Origin: an uncultured Bacteroidota bacterium
Lineage (GTDB): Bacteria > Bacteroidota > Ignavibacteria > UBA10030 > UBA6906
Reading direction: 5' to 3'
NCBI GenBank assembly: GCA_963700635.1
Contig: CAVOYH010000003.1
Span: forward strand, 1,056,001-1,120,000
DNA: 64,000 bases
A program made the position numbers and the translations under genes. Of the stretch, positions 10,178-19,614 are shown piece by piece (positions within the stretch are counted from its first letter, which is position 1; each line of letters starts with the position of its first letter). Below the pieces are notes generated by a model. The model saw only the letters and a program-made list of their open reading frames with translations. It did not search any database and was not told the DNA's origin.

Positions 10178-11056
10178 ATGAAACAGACTTTCTTAATCCT
10201 CTTGTATGCGACTCTGCTGGTCGCCGGTTGTCGCCAGCCATCCGATATTGAGCTGGTGCCTGACGAGGACGCCTCGAATCTTGAAGTATTCCCTGTGGCG
10301 TTGCCCGATACGAACATCGTCACCAGCTCAATTGACTCGACCGGCGTTCTGCCGGAGGATCAGGTGCGGTATGCGGGGACGTTTGTCATCAACTCCGTGA
10401 CCTGGGATGCAGGCGGAGTGCCCAGAACCCTCGCGTATTCGAGAGTGTTCTTTGCGGATAGCGTGGTGCGCGTTCTCGGGCGCCATGTCGGATTTATGGG
10501 TCAGGATGTCGGGACGGTGACGCTCAACAATGCGATCATGTTTAAACTCCCCCACCGGATATCTGTGGGCAATATCATCGGGCGTGACACCTCGGTCGTT
10601 CGCGGCGTCGAGTACCTCGCCGATCTCACCAGCTCGTACCGGTCCGACTGGCAATACTCCTGGGTGGTGATTTCCCGTCTTGTGCCGGTGCTCACGGTGA
10701 CGGCGGAAACCCCTGAGAATCTGACCGTTGTGTTACCCCGTGGTGGAACCATCCATCCGAGGAAAGATGACCTTCCGGTGCGCTGGGTGGGTGGTAAAGG
10801 AAAGATGTCCATCATTGTAAGCGTGTATGATCCATTTCAGAAGAAGGCTAAACCGCTTCTCGAGCTCCGTGCGCGGGCGAACAACGGCAGAGGTGTGATT
10901 CCGGCTAAACTGCTGACACAACTGCCCACCGGCACCACCTTTGTCCTGACGTTCGTGCTGGCGAACAGGAAAGAGATCCAGATATCCGACCCTCTGTCGG
11001 GGAAGATTCTGACGCAGGCAGCGTCCGTGTACAGCAGCTTCATCGAGCTCCGATAG
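10178..11056 (+). CDS. Uncharacterised lipoprotein
   Basis: MKQTFLILLYATLLVAGC lipobox; beta-rich, Ig-like-looking C-terminus. Confidence 0.75.
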   Translation: MKQTFLILLYATLLVAGCRQPSDIELVPDEDASNLEVFPVALPDTNIVTSSIDSTGVLPEDQVRYAGTFVINSVTWDAGGVPRTLAYSRVFFADSVVRVLGRHVGFMGQDVGTVTLNNAIMFKLPHRISVGNIIGRDTSVVRGVEYLADLTSSYRSDWQYSWVVISRLVPVLTVTAETPENLTVVLPRGGTIHPRKDDLPVRWVGGKGKMSIIVSVYDPFQKKAKPLLELRARANNGRGVIPAKLLTQLPTGTTFVLTFVLANRKEIQISDPLSGKILTQAASVYSSFIELR

Positions 11057-11058
11057 AG

Positions 11059-13071
11059 ATGCCGGTGCGCAGGGTCGGAATATTTCTTATAGGTGTATGC
11101 ATGATGGGCTCACCGCTCAATGCACAATCATTTACCGATGCCCGGTCGCTCGCGCTCGGGGGGGCGATTGCTGCAATTCGCGACACGCGTGATTTTTCAT
11201 CAAATCCGGCAGGACTCGTGCAGATGCGTGATTGGGACCTGAGCCTGTCAACGTACACCGAACCTTCAAACAGCCGGAGCGGTTTTGTGTTTCAGGGGCT
11301 TGCGCTGGGAAAACGGTTTTTTGACCGCGAAGCTGCGGCGTTCAGGTATACGCCTGGCTCCAGCCTCACCTTCGTTATTCCATCGGTTCTTTCCTTCGGC
11401 GAGTCGAACCTCCCTGAGTCGGCTGACAGAGAGATCGAATATCGTGAACCGTATGCTCTTGGCCTCGCGCACAGATTCTCGGATCACTTTTCAGCGGGAG
11501 TGGGATTCCGGAATCGCCAGGAACGCGTTGTGGATACGCGGTATCAGATTATTATCCGCGACACCATTTCGTATCCGGCTGCGACCCAGGAAACCTTCAG
11601 CCGCTCCACATGGCTCGCCGATCTGGCCCTGCAGTGGAACCCTTCGGAACAGTGGGGACTGTCGGTGATCGGTCGGAATATGTTCCGTTTCTCTTCGGGA
11701 GACGCCGAGGAGGTGCTTGAAGAATATCGCCTCCCTGCGGCAGCGTATATCGAGGGAGGGATACGATATACGCCGGTACGCGCTGTTCACCTGTTGGCCT
11801 CAGCGAGCTCTGTCGGCATGGGCGCACTCGGTGCCGAGTGGTCGCCGGGTTCCGGTTTTTCGTTCCGTGGAAGCGTGCTGGCGAACAGGGCTGAGAGCCG
11901 GCTGATCAATGCCGCTGCCATTGGTGTCGGGTGGTCCTATGAGTTCTTTGCGGTGGATGCCGCCTATCTCCGTTTCCTGAGTGCGGAAAACCACGGTGGC
12001 AGCACCGCCGCTACGATGTTCTCCGCCGATGACATCGTCAATCTTACAGTGAATCCGTACAGCCGGTCCCGGATTGCGCTTTCGGCCAAGGCGATGTTCG
12101 GTCATGTACGCTCGAGCCTTGCGCGGATCGAAGGTGTCACGTTGTTCAGCGGTGTGTATCCAGCGTCCCATGAAATCTTTGCGTACAAACCGCTCGGGAT
12201 GGTCAAGGTGCGCAACATTTCTTCACAACCCATTCACGCCAGGGCGAGCTTTTTTGTCGAGCGTCTCATGGACGCGCCTACAGAATCAGAACCGGTGTAT
12301 CTTGTTCCGGGTGGCGAAGCGGAGATTCCACTGACGGCAATTTTTAACGAACAGATACAACGGATGGCCGGTCAGACCGTCAAAGAGGGAAACGTATTTG
12401 TTAATGCCACGCCGGCTGAACAGTATGATGACAAGGTCCAGACGCGGGTTCTTTTTCACGGAAAGAATGCATGGGATGGTGATGTGCATTCCCTGCGGTA
12501 TTTCGTGACGCCGGATGATCCGCTGGTGCTGAAATATTCCCGCGACGTGCTTCTGGAGCAGCGTGATAGTCTCGCGGGTGTGAATGGAATGCTGGAACAA
12601 TTCACAAAGGCCCGGCTGCTGATCGCCTCCTTTGCCGGCAAGCTCCAGTATGTCAATGATCCCCGCCTCACTGCTGATTTTGTTCAATACCCGGGCGAGA
12701 CGCTCACCCTTCGTGGCGGAGATTGTGATGATATGACTGTCTGCTTTTCGGCGCTGTTAAACAGTATTGGTATCGCGACGGCATTCGTGGATGTTATTCC
12801 TCCCGGCAGACCGGACCAGGCCCACATCTATCTGCTTTTTGATACCGGCGTGGAACCCCGTTTCGGCTCGGCGCTCGCAGGGAATCCCAAGCGTGTTGTA
12901 AGCCGGCGGAATCCGCGGGGAAAGGAAACACTCTGGATTCCTATTGAAACAACCATAATCGCTCAGGGGTTTGATCAGGCCTGGACCGGCGGGGCGCAGC
13001 GGTACTTTGACGATGTGGAGATCGGACTTGGACTCGCGCACGGCTGGGTGCGGGTCGTGGATGTGCATTGA
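11059..13071 (+). CDS. PorV/FadL-like outer-membrane barrel fused to a C-terminal transglutaminase-like (Cys-His-acid) domain
   Basis: Signal peptide; DARSLALGGA...SNPAGL N-terminal motif of PorV/FadL-type barrels; alternating beta strands; C-terminal QYPGETLTLRGGDCDD...ALLNSIGI...HIYLLF...WIPIETT. Confidence 0.65.
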   Translation: MPVRRVGIFLIGVCMMGSPLNAQSFTDARSLALGGAIAAIRDTRDFSSNPAGLVQMRDWDLSLSTYTEPSNSRSGFVFQGLALGKRFFDREAAAFRYTPGSSLTFVIPSVLSFGESNLPESADREIEYREPYALGLAHRFSDHFSAGVGFRNRQERVVDTRYQIIIRDTISYPAATQETFSRSTWLADLALQWNPSEQWGLSVIGRNMFRFSSGDAEEVLEEYRLPAAAYIEGGIRYTPVRAVHLLASASSVGMGALGAEWSPGSGFSFRGSVLANRAESRLINAAAIGVGWSYEFFAVDAAYLRFLSAENHGGSTAATMFSADDIVNLTVNPYSRSRIALSAKAMFGHVRSSLARIEGVTLFSGVYPASHEIFAYKPLGMVKVRNISSQPIHARASFFVERLMDAPTESEPVYLVPGGEAEIPLTAIFNEQIQRMAGQTVKEGNVFVNATPAEQYDDKVQTRVLFHGKNAWDGDVHSLRYFVTPDDPLVLKYSRDVLLEQRDSLAGVNGMLEQFTKARLLIASFAGKLQYVNDPRLTADFVQYPGETLTLRGGDCDDMTVCFSALLNSIGIATAFVDVIPPGRPDQAHIYLLFDTGVEPRFGSALAGNPKRVVSRRNPRGKETLWIPIETTIIAQGFDQAWTGGAQRYFDDVEIGLGLAHGWVRVVDVH

Positions 13072-13082
13072 AGGAGGTTACT

Positions 13083-13787
13083 ATGAGAATACTCTGGGGA
13101 TTAGTTCTGTGCTGCTGTGTTGCGACACTCGCCATGGCGGGCTCAATTGTCGTTCAGAAGGCAAGCGGTGAGGTCAGCGTCCGGCACGGTGTCACCGAAG
13201 GCTGGACGACCGTGGCCGTGGGTGATGTGTTACGCCCGAATGACACCATGCGGACGGGAAAAGACGGAAACACGGTGCTCGTGCTTCAGGGTGTAACGGG
13301 GAATCCGGTTAAACGCCTGACCCTTCCGCCCCTGGTCATTGTCGATATGTCGGATATCCGCGAGCTCACACAGGAAGAGCTGATGCTGAAACTGACCATG
13401 GAGAAAGTCCGTTCTTCACCCCAACCGACAACACAGGAGAAGCTTCACATCTCCAACGCGGCCGTGGTGCACGGAACCGATGCCGGAAGCAAAGGAACTT
13501 ATTCGGAGAACGACCCTCAGGTCGGACAGTTCCTGCTGAACGGAACAAAAGTGCTTTTTGCAAATGGGTTCTATGCAACGGGAGTCTTACGGGTGATGGA
13601 AGTGTTCCGGTTGTTTCCTTCGCTGGCAGGAGGATTTGACCATCGTTTGCTTCTGGCGGAAGCAATGGAAAAGGCCAATCTGAAGGGAGAGGCCATTGCG
13701 GAATACGGAGCGATGACACGGCTCGAGGGCCTCACGCCGGCGCAACAGGCATCACTGCAGAACCGCATCGCAGCCCTGAGGAAATAG
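13083..13787 (+). CDS. Secreted protein with FecR-like N-terminal domain and TPR-like C-terminus
   Basis: Strong RBS AAGGAGG; signal peptide; GEVSVRHG..WTTVAVGDVLRPNDTMRTGKDG resembles the start of the FecR domain; helical tail. Confidence 0.55.
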   Translation: MRILWGLVLCCCVATLAMAGSIVVQKASGEVSVRHGVTEGWTTVAVGDVLRPNDTMRTGKDGNTVLVLQGVTGNPVKRLTLPPLVIVDMSDIRELTQEELMLKLTMEKVRSSPQPTTQEKLHISNAAVVHGTDAGSKGTYSENDPQVGQFLLNGTKVLFANGFYATGVLRVMEVFRLFPSLAGGFDHRLLLAEAMEKANLKGEAIAEYGAMTRLEGLTPAQQASLQNRIAALRK

Positions 13788-13806
13788 GGCGCATGAGAGA
13801 CCGGGC

Positions 13807-14661
13807 ATGCTCCAGAGCCCCATGGTGTGTTCTGCACTGCTTGCGTGCCTGTTGACAGCTTCTCTGCCGACCGTATCGCAGATTCTTGCCATTTCACCGC
13901 GTCCCTCAGATGCCGCCGATGGTGATTCATTTGGCGCGCTGGTTGTATCCCTGCCTCGCGCGCAACGCGAGGAATCTGTTTTTCAGGAGGTGATGAAGGG
14001 GAACATCCCGCAGTTTCTCCGAAGGTTGGTTCCGATCACATCGCGGACGTCCATTGGCGGAACCGAACACACGCTGGTGTGGCATGTACTTCCTGACTAT
14101 CTCGCCATCGGGTCAGACGATAACTACATCCTGATGCCGATGACGCCGGTGCTCGCACAACGGCTGGCCGACACCCTCCGCTGTACTCTCCCGACGCGGA
14201 ACATGGTTGATACGATCTACAAGCACGCAAGGGTAAAACTCGCCCCTCAGCCGATCCCACCCGGTGAAGCGATGACAACGCTCCGCGTATTCACGCAACA
14301 CAACGATAGCATCCGTATCCGCCGTACGGCGTTGCTGAAACAGCATCCTCTTGGCGAGCTGGTGGGCGGCCACAAAAAGGACGTCATCATCTCCAACGCC
14401 ATCGTCTCAGGTGTACGGCCCGCTGCCCCGAAACCGGTCGTGATTTATGGGTGGCATCAGCTTGATGGTGTTCCCATTCAGCCGCTGTACAACGGTCACG
14501 GTGAAACGTACGCGGATTACAGCCACGGGATTCGACTCGTGCAGGACACCATGATGCTGGATGGAGTACCGGTGACGGCTGCGTCCATTCTCACCGATCA
14601 GACACTCTGGCCGTTGTTGAGTGACGAGGGGCAGATTCTGCTTCCCCGGTACGGACCCTGA
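13807..14661 (+). CDS. Secreted hypothetical protein, possible enzyme
   Basis: Signal peptide; enzyme-like motifs PDYLAIGSD, GHKKDV, IYGWH, YADYSHGIRLV; family not recognised. Confidence 0.7.
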   Translation: MLQSPMVCSALLACLLTASLPTVSQILAISPRPSDAADGDSFGALVVSLPRAQREESVFQEVMKGNIPQFLRRLVPITSRTSIGGTEHTLVWHVLPDYLAIGSDDNYILMPMTPVLAQRLADTLRCTLPTRNMVDTIYKHARVKLAPQPIPPGEAMTTLRVFTQHNDSIRIRRTALLKQHPLGELVGGHKKDVIISNAIVSGVRPAAPKPVVIYGWHQLDGVPIQPLYNGHGETYADYSHGIRLVQDTMMLDGVPVTAASILTDQTLWPLLSDEGQILLPRYGP

Positions 14662-14706
14662 GGCCGCGGGGATCTGTGGTTGAGCCGGTACGGACGGGGT
14701 CTGTCT

Positions 14707-16377
14707 CTATCGTATCAACCGCTTGTACTTGATCCGGTGGGGTCTGTCGGCCTCGATGCCCAGACGTTTCTTGCGGTCCGCTTCGTATTCCGTATAGTTC
14801 CCATCGTACCAGTTCACCTTGCTCTCTCCCTCAAAAGCAAGGATGTGCGTGGCAATCCGATCCAGGAACCAGCGGTCGTGGGATATCACCACCGCACAGC
14901 CGGCAAAATTCAGCAGTGCTTCTTCCAGCGCGCGCAGCGTGTGCACATCCAGATCATTGGTCGGCTCATCAAGGAGCAGTACGTTCGCCCCTTCTTTCAG
15001 CATCTTTGCCAGGTGCACCCGGTTTCGTTCGCCTCCGGAGAGCGCCACAGTTTTCTTCTGCTGATCCGTCCCGCTGAAATTAAAACGGGCAACATAGGCG
15101 CGCGAGTTCACCTCCCGGTTCCCGAACATAAACAGATCCTGGCCGCCTGAAATTTCCGCCCAGATCGTTTTCTCGGGATCCAGCGGGCGGTTCTGATCGA
15201 CATATCCGAGCTTTACCGTATCGCCGGTCTTGAAGGATCCCGCATCAGGGAGAATCTCGCCGGTTATCAATTTGAACAGAGTTGTTTTTCCGGCACCGTT
15301 CGGACCGATCACGCCGATGATCCCTCCGGGCGGGAGTTGAAAGGTCAGATCTTCGAACAGCACATTTTCGCCGTAGGCTTTTGACACTCCCTGTGCCTCG
15401 ATGACCACGGTGCCGAGACGCGGGCCAGGCGGGATGAAGATCTCCATCTCCTCATTACGTTTCTGGCTTTCTTCTCCCAGCATTTTCTCATACGCCGAAA
15501 TGCGCGCCTTACTCTTGGCATGCCGTCCGCGGGGATTCAGGCGAATCCATTCAAGTTCCTGTTCCAGAGTTTTTTGCCGTTTTGACTCATGTTTTTCCTC
15601 GACGGCCAGCCGGGCCCTTTTCTGTTCAAGCCAGGATGAGTAGTTCCCCTGGAAGGGAATACCCTCACCGCGGTCCAGTTCGAGTATCCATCCCGCCACA
15701 TTATCCAGGAAATATCGATCATGTGTGACCGCCAGAACGGTGCCCGGATATTGTGAAAGAAAGTGTTCAAGCCATGCGACGGATTCGGCATCCAGGTGGT
15801 TTGTCGGTTCGTCCAGGAGCAGCACATCCGGATTCTGAAGGAGGAGGCGGCAGAGTGCGACACGGCGGCGCTCACCGCCGGAGAGTACGTTCACCGGCGT
15901 ATCTCCCGGGGGACAGCGAAGGGCATCCATCGCCTGTTCCAGACGGCTTTCGAGGTCCCACGCATTGGCGTGGTCGATCTTCTCCTGCAACGCCGCCTGT
16001 TTCTCGAGCAGAACGTCAAAGTCAGCGTCAGGATCGGAAAGCTGATTGCTGACGTCTTCATACTGTCTGAGCATCTGTGCTGTTTCCGCCACTCCCTCTT
16101 CCACGATTTCTTTTACTGTCCTGGACTGGTCCAGTTCCGGTTCCTGTGAGAGATACCCGAAGGTGATACCCTTCTGTGAAGAGATCTCGCCGAGGTAGTC
16201 TGTATCGATCCCCGCGATGATGCGGAGCAGACTGCTCTTGCCTGCGCCGTTGAGGCCCAGGACGCCGATCTTGGCGCCATAGAAAAAAGAAAGATAGATG
16301 TCTTTGAGTACCTGGCGGTTGGGAGGATATACTTTGCCCACGCCCACCATGGAAAAAATGATCTTGTTATCGCTCAT
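14707..16377 (-). CDS. ettA: Energy-dependent translational throttle protein EttA (ABC-F, ChvD family)
   Basis: LKDIYLSFFYGAKIGVLGLNGAGKS; two ABC domains, LSGGERRRVALCRLLL and LSGGERNRVHLAK; C-terminal PHRIKYKRL. Confidence 0.95.
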   Translation of the reverse strand: MSDNKIIFSMVGVGKVYPPNRQVLKDIYLSFFYGAKIGVLGLNGAGKSSLLRIIAGIDTDYLGEISSQKGITFGYLSQEPELDQSRTVKEIVEEGVAETAQMLRQYEDVSNQLSDPDADFDVLLEKQAALQEKIDHANAWDLESRLEQAMDALRCPPGDTPVNVLSGGERRRVALCRLLLQNPDVLLLDEPTNHLDAESVAWLEHFLSQYPGTVLAVTHDRYFLDNVAGWILELDRGEGIPFQGNYSSWLEQKRARLAVEEKHESKRQKTLEQELEWIRLNPRGRHAKSKARISAYEKMLGEESQKRNEEMEIFIPPGPRLGTVVIEAQGVSKAYGENVLFEDLTFQLPPGGIIGVIGPNGAGKTTLFKLITGEILPDAGSFKTGDTVKLGYVDQNRPLDPEKTIWAEISGGQDLFMFGNREVNSRAYVARFNFSGTDQQKKTVALSGGERNRVHLAKMLKEGANVLLLDEPTNDLDVHTLRALEEALLNFAGCAVVISHDRWFLDRIATHILAFEGESKVNWYDGNYTEYEADRKKRLGIEADRPHRIKYKRLIR

Positions 16378-17155
16378 GCGTAATAGTCATCACTGGTTGG
16401 AGGTTTTTGAGAATTTGATCGCCGGGATAATACACCCGCTCAAGGAAGAGCCCGGAAGGGGGAGCCGTATGACGTGCGGGTTCGGAAGAGTGTTGCGTAA
16501 GCAAAGAGGCCACGGCTTCTTTTGTCATTGAACCCCTCCCCACTTCCGCTACAATGCCGACGACTCTCCGAACCATCTTCCAGACAAAATGGGAACCCCG
16601 CATGCGGACAAGGATAAGGTCTCCTGCATCGGCAATGTGGAGTTCTTCCACCTGGACCTTTGTGGACTTTTCGTCGGGGTCGTCTTCTGTGAACGAGCGG
16701 AAATCGTGCATGCCGGAAAAGAGCGCGGCAGTGTCCTGCATTCGTTTGAGGTTCAGCGGGTCTTTCACCCACCAGACATACCGTTTGCCCAGGGCGGTGC
16801 GTCTCCGGGAGATCTGATAGAGATAGCTGCGCGACACCGCATGGTGCCGGGCATGAAAACGGGGGTCGGCCTTGCGGATATCCAGGATGGTGATGTCTGC
16901 GGGGAGGGCATCATTCAATTTCATCCGCAGAATCTCCGGAGCCAGCATCGTAGAGATCTCAAGATGGGCTGTCTGGCCGAGTGCGTGAACACCTGCATCC
17001 GTGCGGCCGGAGCCCTGAAACTCGAACGTAGCTGTGCTGCAGACATCGTGGATCGCACGCTGAATTTCGCCGGCTACAGTCCGGGCATTCTTCTGGGGCT
17101 GCCACCCGCGGTAGCGGGTCCCCTCATATTCGATCAGGAATTTGAATCGGGCCAT
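16367..17155 (-). CDS. truA: tRNA pseudouridine(38-40) synthase
   Basis: IEYEGTRYRGWQ, GSGRTDAGVHA, FHARH, GMHDFRSF, MVRRVVG, TAPPSGLFL. Confidence 0.93.
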   Translation of the reverse strand: MARFKFLIEYEGTRYRGWQPQKNARTVAGEIQRAIHDVCSTATFEFQGSGRTDAGVHALGQTAHLEISTMLAPEILRMKLNDALPADITILDIRKADPRFHARHHAVSRSYLYQISRRRTALGKRYVWWVKDPLNLKRMQDTAALFSGMHDFRSFTEDDPDEKSTKVQVEELHIADAGDLILVRMRGSHFVWKMVRRVVGIVAEVGRGSMTKEAVASLLTQHSSEPARHTAPPSGLFLERVYYPGDQILKNLQPVMTITHER

Positions 17156-17165
17156 GGAAAACGAA

Positions 17166-17192
17166 AGGGGATCATGGCACGCATGATCCCCT
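17166..17192 (-). terminator. Intrinsic terminator after the lipoprotein gene
   Basis: AGGGGATCATG-GCACG-CATGATCCCCT perfect stem, followed by TTCGTTTT on the minus strand. Confidence 0.65.
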
Positions 17193-17215
17193 CAACACTA
17201 GTGGAGATACGGTGG

Positions 17216-17716
17216 TTAACGTTTTTTCTTTGACACTTTTGCCATCAGGTCGTCTGCGGCTGTTGTATGTCCGGCGAGCGCGTCCTTTGCCGCTGTCATG
17301 GCATCGGCGAACTGTGTCTGCATTGCGCCGAGGGCATCCTTGTTGACGGTGAGGCCTGCCACGACATCCTCATGCTTCCCCTCGGGGTCGTAGGGTTTAA
17401 ATCCGGCCATCCAGTTTTCCATCGCGGCTTTCGCCGCGGCGATCTTCGCCTGAGCGGCAACAAGGTCCGCACCCGTGTGCCCTGTGACCAGTTTGGGATA
17501 TTTGGCAACAAGTTCGTCATGTCTGGCGGTTGCGGCGGTGATCTGGGCCGTCAGTTCATCCAGACCGGACATGGATTTCATCAGCTCATCGTGTTTGGCC
17601 ATGACCTCTGCATTGATGGCGGTCTCAACCTTCTTCATTTCCTCTGATTTCCCGCATCCGGCGAGGAGGATGGCCACAACAATGACCAATGACAGTGCGA
17701 GCAGCACGTGTTTCAT
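17216..17716 (-). CDS. Alpha-helical lipoprotein of unknown function
   Basis: MKHVLLALSLVIVVAILLAGC lipobox; EVMAKHDELM and AMENWM motifs; Ala-rich helices. Confidence 0.75.
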   Translation of the reverse strand: MKHVLLALSLVIVVAILLAGCGKSEEMKKVETAINAEVMAKHDELMKSMSGLDELTAQITAATARHDELVAKYPKLVTGHTGADLVAAQAKIAAAKAAMENWMAGFKPYDPEGKHEDVVAGLTVNKDALGAMQTQFADAMTAAKDALAGHTTAADDLMAKVSKKKR

Positions 17717-17887
17717 AAGACCTCCGCTAAGTGAGAAAACCGTGATTGGTGTGTCGGGATGCAACATAATATAGGAGATTTTAAGGGTTTGTCAAGGCAT
17801 CTGGGGTTCTTGCATTTCGTGCGGAATATTCGCACTGTTTTCTGCACCTGTCACTTTCGTTCACAACTGTTCTTGACATACTTCGCC

Positions 17888-19603
17888 ATGAACCGACGCT
17901 CTGCGGTTGCCGGCATCCTTGATGCCACCCTCCCCGGTCCCGAAGATCCACCTCCGGATCCATCCACAAACTCTTTTGCGAACACCACACTTCCCGCTGT
18001 GCCCCATTCGGGCGCCGGTCTCGAACCGTACACGGGCTTCTGGGGTGCTGTGCAGGTGTCTCATCTGTTACGACGAACAACGTTCGGTCCGGCGCCGGGA
18101 GATGTGCTTGCGTTGCGGACAATGAGCATGCAGCAAGGAGTTGATCTCCTTCTCTCGGCGCAGCCCGAAGCGTCCATGCCGTTGACCACGGACACGCGTG
18201 ACCTCGTTCCTGTGGGGGAGACCTGGGCGTATGCACTCTACAAGGATCCTGCCTCCACATTCACTCCCACCAGTATTCGCACATCGTCCCTCAAGTCATG
18301 GTGGATGGGACTCCTGCTCACACAACCGGTATCCATCCGGGAAAAAATGGTCCTCTTCTGGCACAACCATTTTGTCACGGAACGGGATGTCGTGGGTGAT
18401 CCGCGGTTTACCTGGCGCTATCTGTCGTTGTTGCGGAGCAATGCCCTGGGCAATTGGAAGGACCTTACACGTCTGATGACGACGGACGGCGCGATGCTGC
18501 GGTATCTGAACGGCAACACCAGCACAAAAACCAGTCCGAACGAAAACTACAGCCGCGAACTCCAGGAGCTTTTTTCGATTGGCAAAGGGCCTGAAGCGGC
18601 TCCGGGTGATTATACGTTTTATACCGAAACGGACGTCAAGGCCGCTGCGCGTGTCCTTACGGGATGGCAGGACGATGCGACCGTGCTCACTACTCCGGGA
18701 TCGTCGCCCTGGAAATTCACATCAAGCCGGCACGACACAACGGACAAACAATTTTCGCACCGGTACGGGAACAGGGTGATACCGGGAGGAACCGACGGAC
18801 TGCGCGAGCTCAACGACCTCCTGGACATGATCTTTGCGCAGGAGGCGACGGCAAAACATCTTTGCCGAAAGCTGTACCGCTGGTTTGTGTACTATGTGAT
18901 TGATGAGTGGACAGAGGCCAATATCATTGTGCCGATGGCCAACATCTTTCGTTCGAACAACTATAATGTAATCCCTGTTCTCCAGGCGCTTTTTAAAAGC
19001 GCGCACTTTTATGATCCACTGAGCATGGGGTGTATGATCAAGAGTCCGCTCGATTTTACTGCGGGCATTGCCAGGCTATTCGGTCTCGGTTATCCTGCCG
19101 ACCTGGAGGTCAGATACCGGGTGTTCAATTACATGGCGACGCAGGCGGCGGCGATGCAGCAGGATCTGGCCGATCCACCCAATGTCGCCGGCTGGCCCGC
19201 CTATCACCAGACCCCGCAGTTCAACCAGATCTGGATCAACTCGGATACCCTGCCGCGGCGGACGAACTTCAGCAACACTCTGGTCAGGTCGGGATACAAG
19301 ACCGGCGGGTTTACATACATGATTGATCCTCTGGGATTCGTGCTCAATCTCTCGAACCCGCGTGATCCGAACGCTGTTGTGGAGGAGAGTGCGCGGATTC
19401 TCTTCGCCATACCCATTACGCCTGGCCAGAAGACGTTCCTCCTGCAGACATTGTTGCCCGGGCTGCCGGACTATGAGTGGACGGTGGAATGGGATGCCTA
19501 CACCGCCGATCCCGGCAACCCGCAGAAACTGGCACCGGTGAAATCAAAGCTCCAGACGTTCTATGCATTTATGCTTTCCATGCCCGAGTTCCAACTTCAA
19601 TGA
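17888..19603 (+). CDS. DUF1800 family protein
   Basis: HLLRRTTFGP, REKMVLFWHNHF, PNENYSRELQELFSIG, DVKAAARVLTGW, PPNVAGW, PEFQL. Confidence 0.9.
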   Translation: MNRRSAVAGILDATLPGPEDPPPDPSTNSFANTTLPAVPHSGAGLEPYTGFWGAVQVSHLLRRTTFGPAPGDVLALRTMSMQQGVDLLLSAQPEASMPLTTDTRDLVPVGETWAYALYKDPASTFTPTSIRTSSLKSWWMGLLLTQPVSIREKMVLFWHNHFVTERDVVGDPRFTWRYLSLLRSNALGNWKDLTRLMTTDGAMLRYLNGNTSTKTSPNENYSRELQELFSIGKGPEAAPGDYTFYTETDVKAAARVLTGWQDDATVLTTPGSSPWKFTSSRHDTTDKQFSHRYGNRVIPGGTDGLRELNDLLDMIFAQEATAKHLCRKLYRWFVYYVIDEWTEANIIVPMANIFRSNNYNVIPVLQALFKSAHFYDPLSMGCMIKSPLDFTAGIARLFGLGYPADLEVRYRVFNYMATQAAAMQQDLADPPNVAGWPAYHQTPQFNQIWINSDTLPRRTNFSNTLVRSGYKTGGFTYMIDPLGFVLNLSNPRDPNAVVEESARILFAIPITPGQKTFLLQTLLPGLPDYEWTVEWDAYTADPGNPQKLAPVKSKLQTFYAFMLSMPEFQLQ

Positions 19604-19614
19604 GCGAAATGTTC

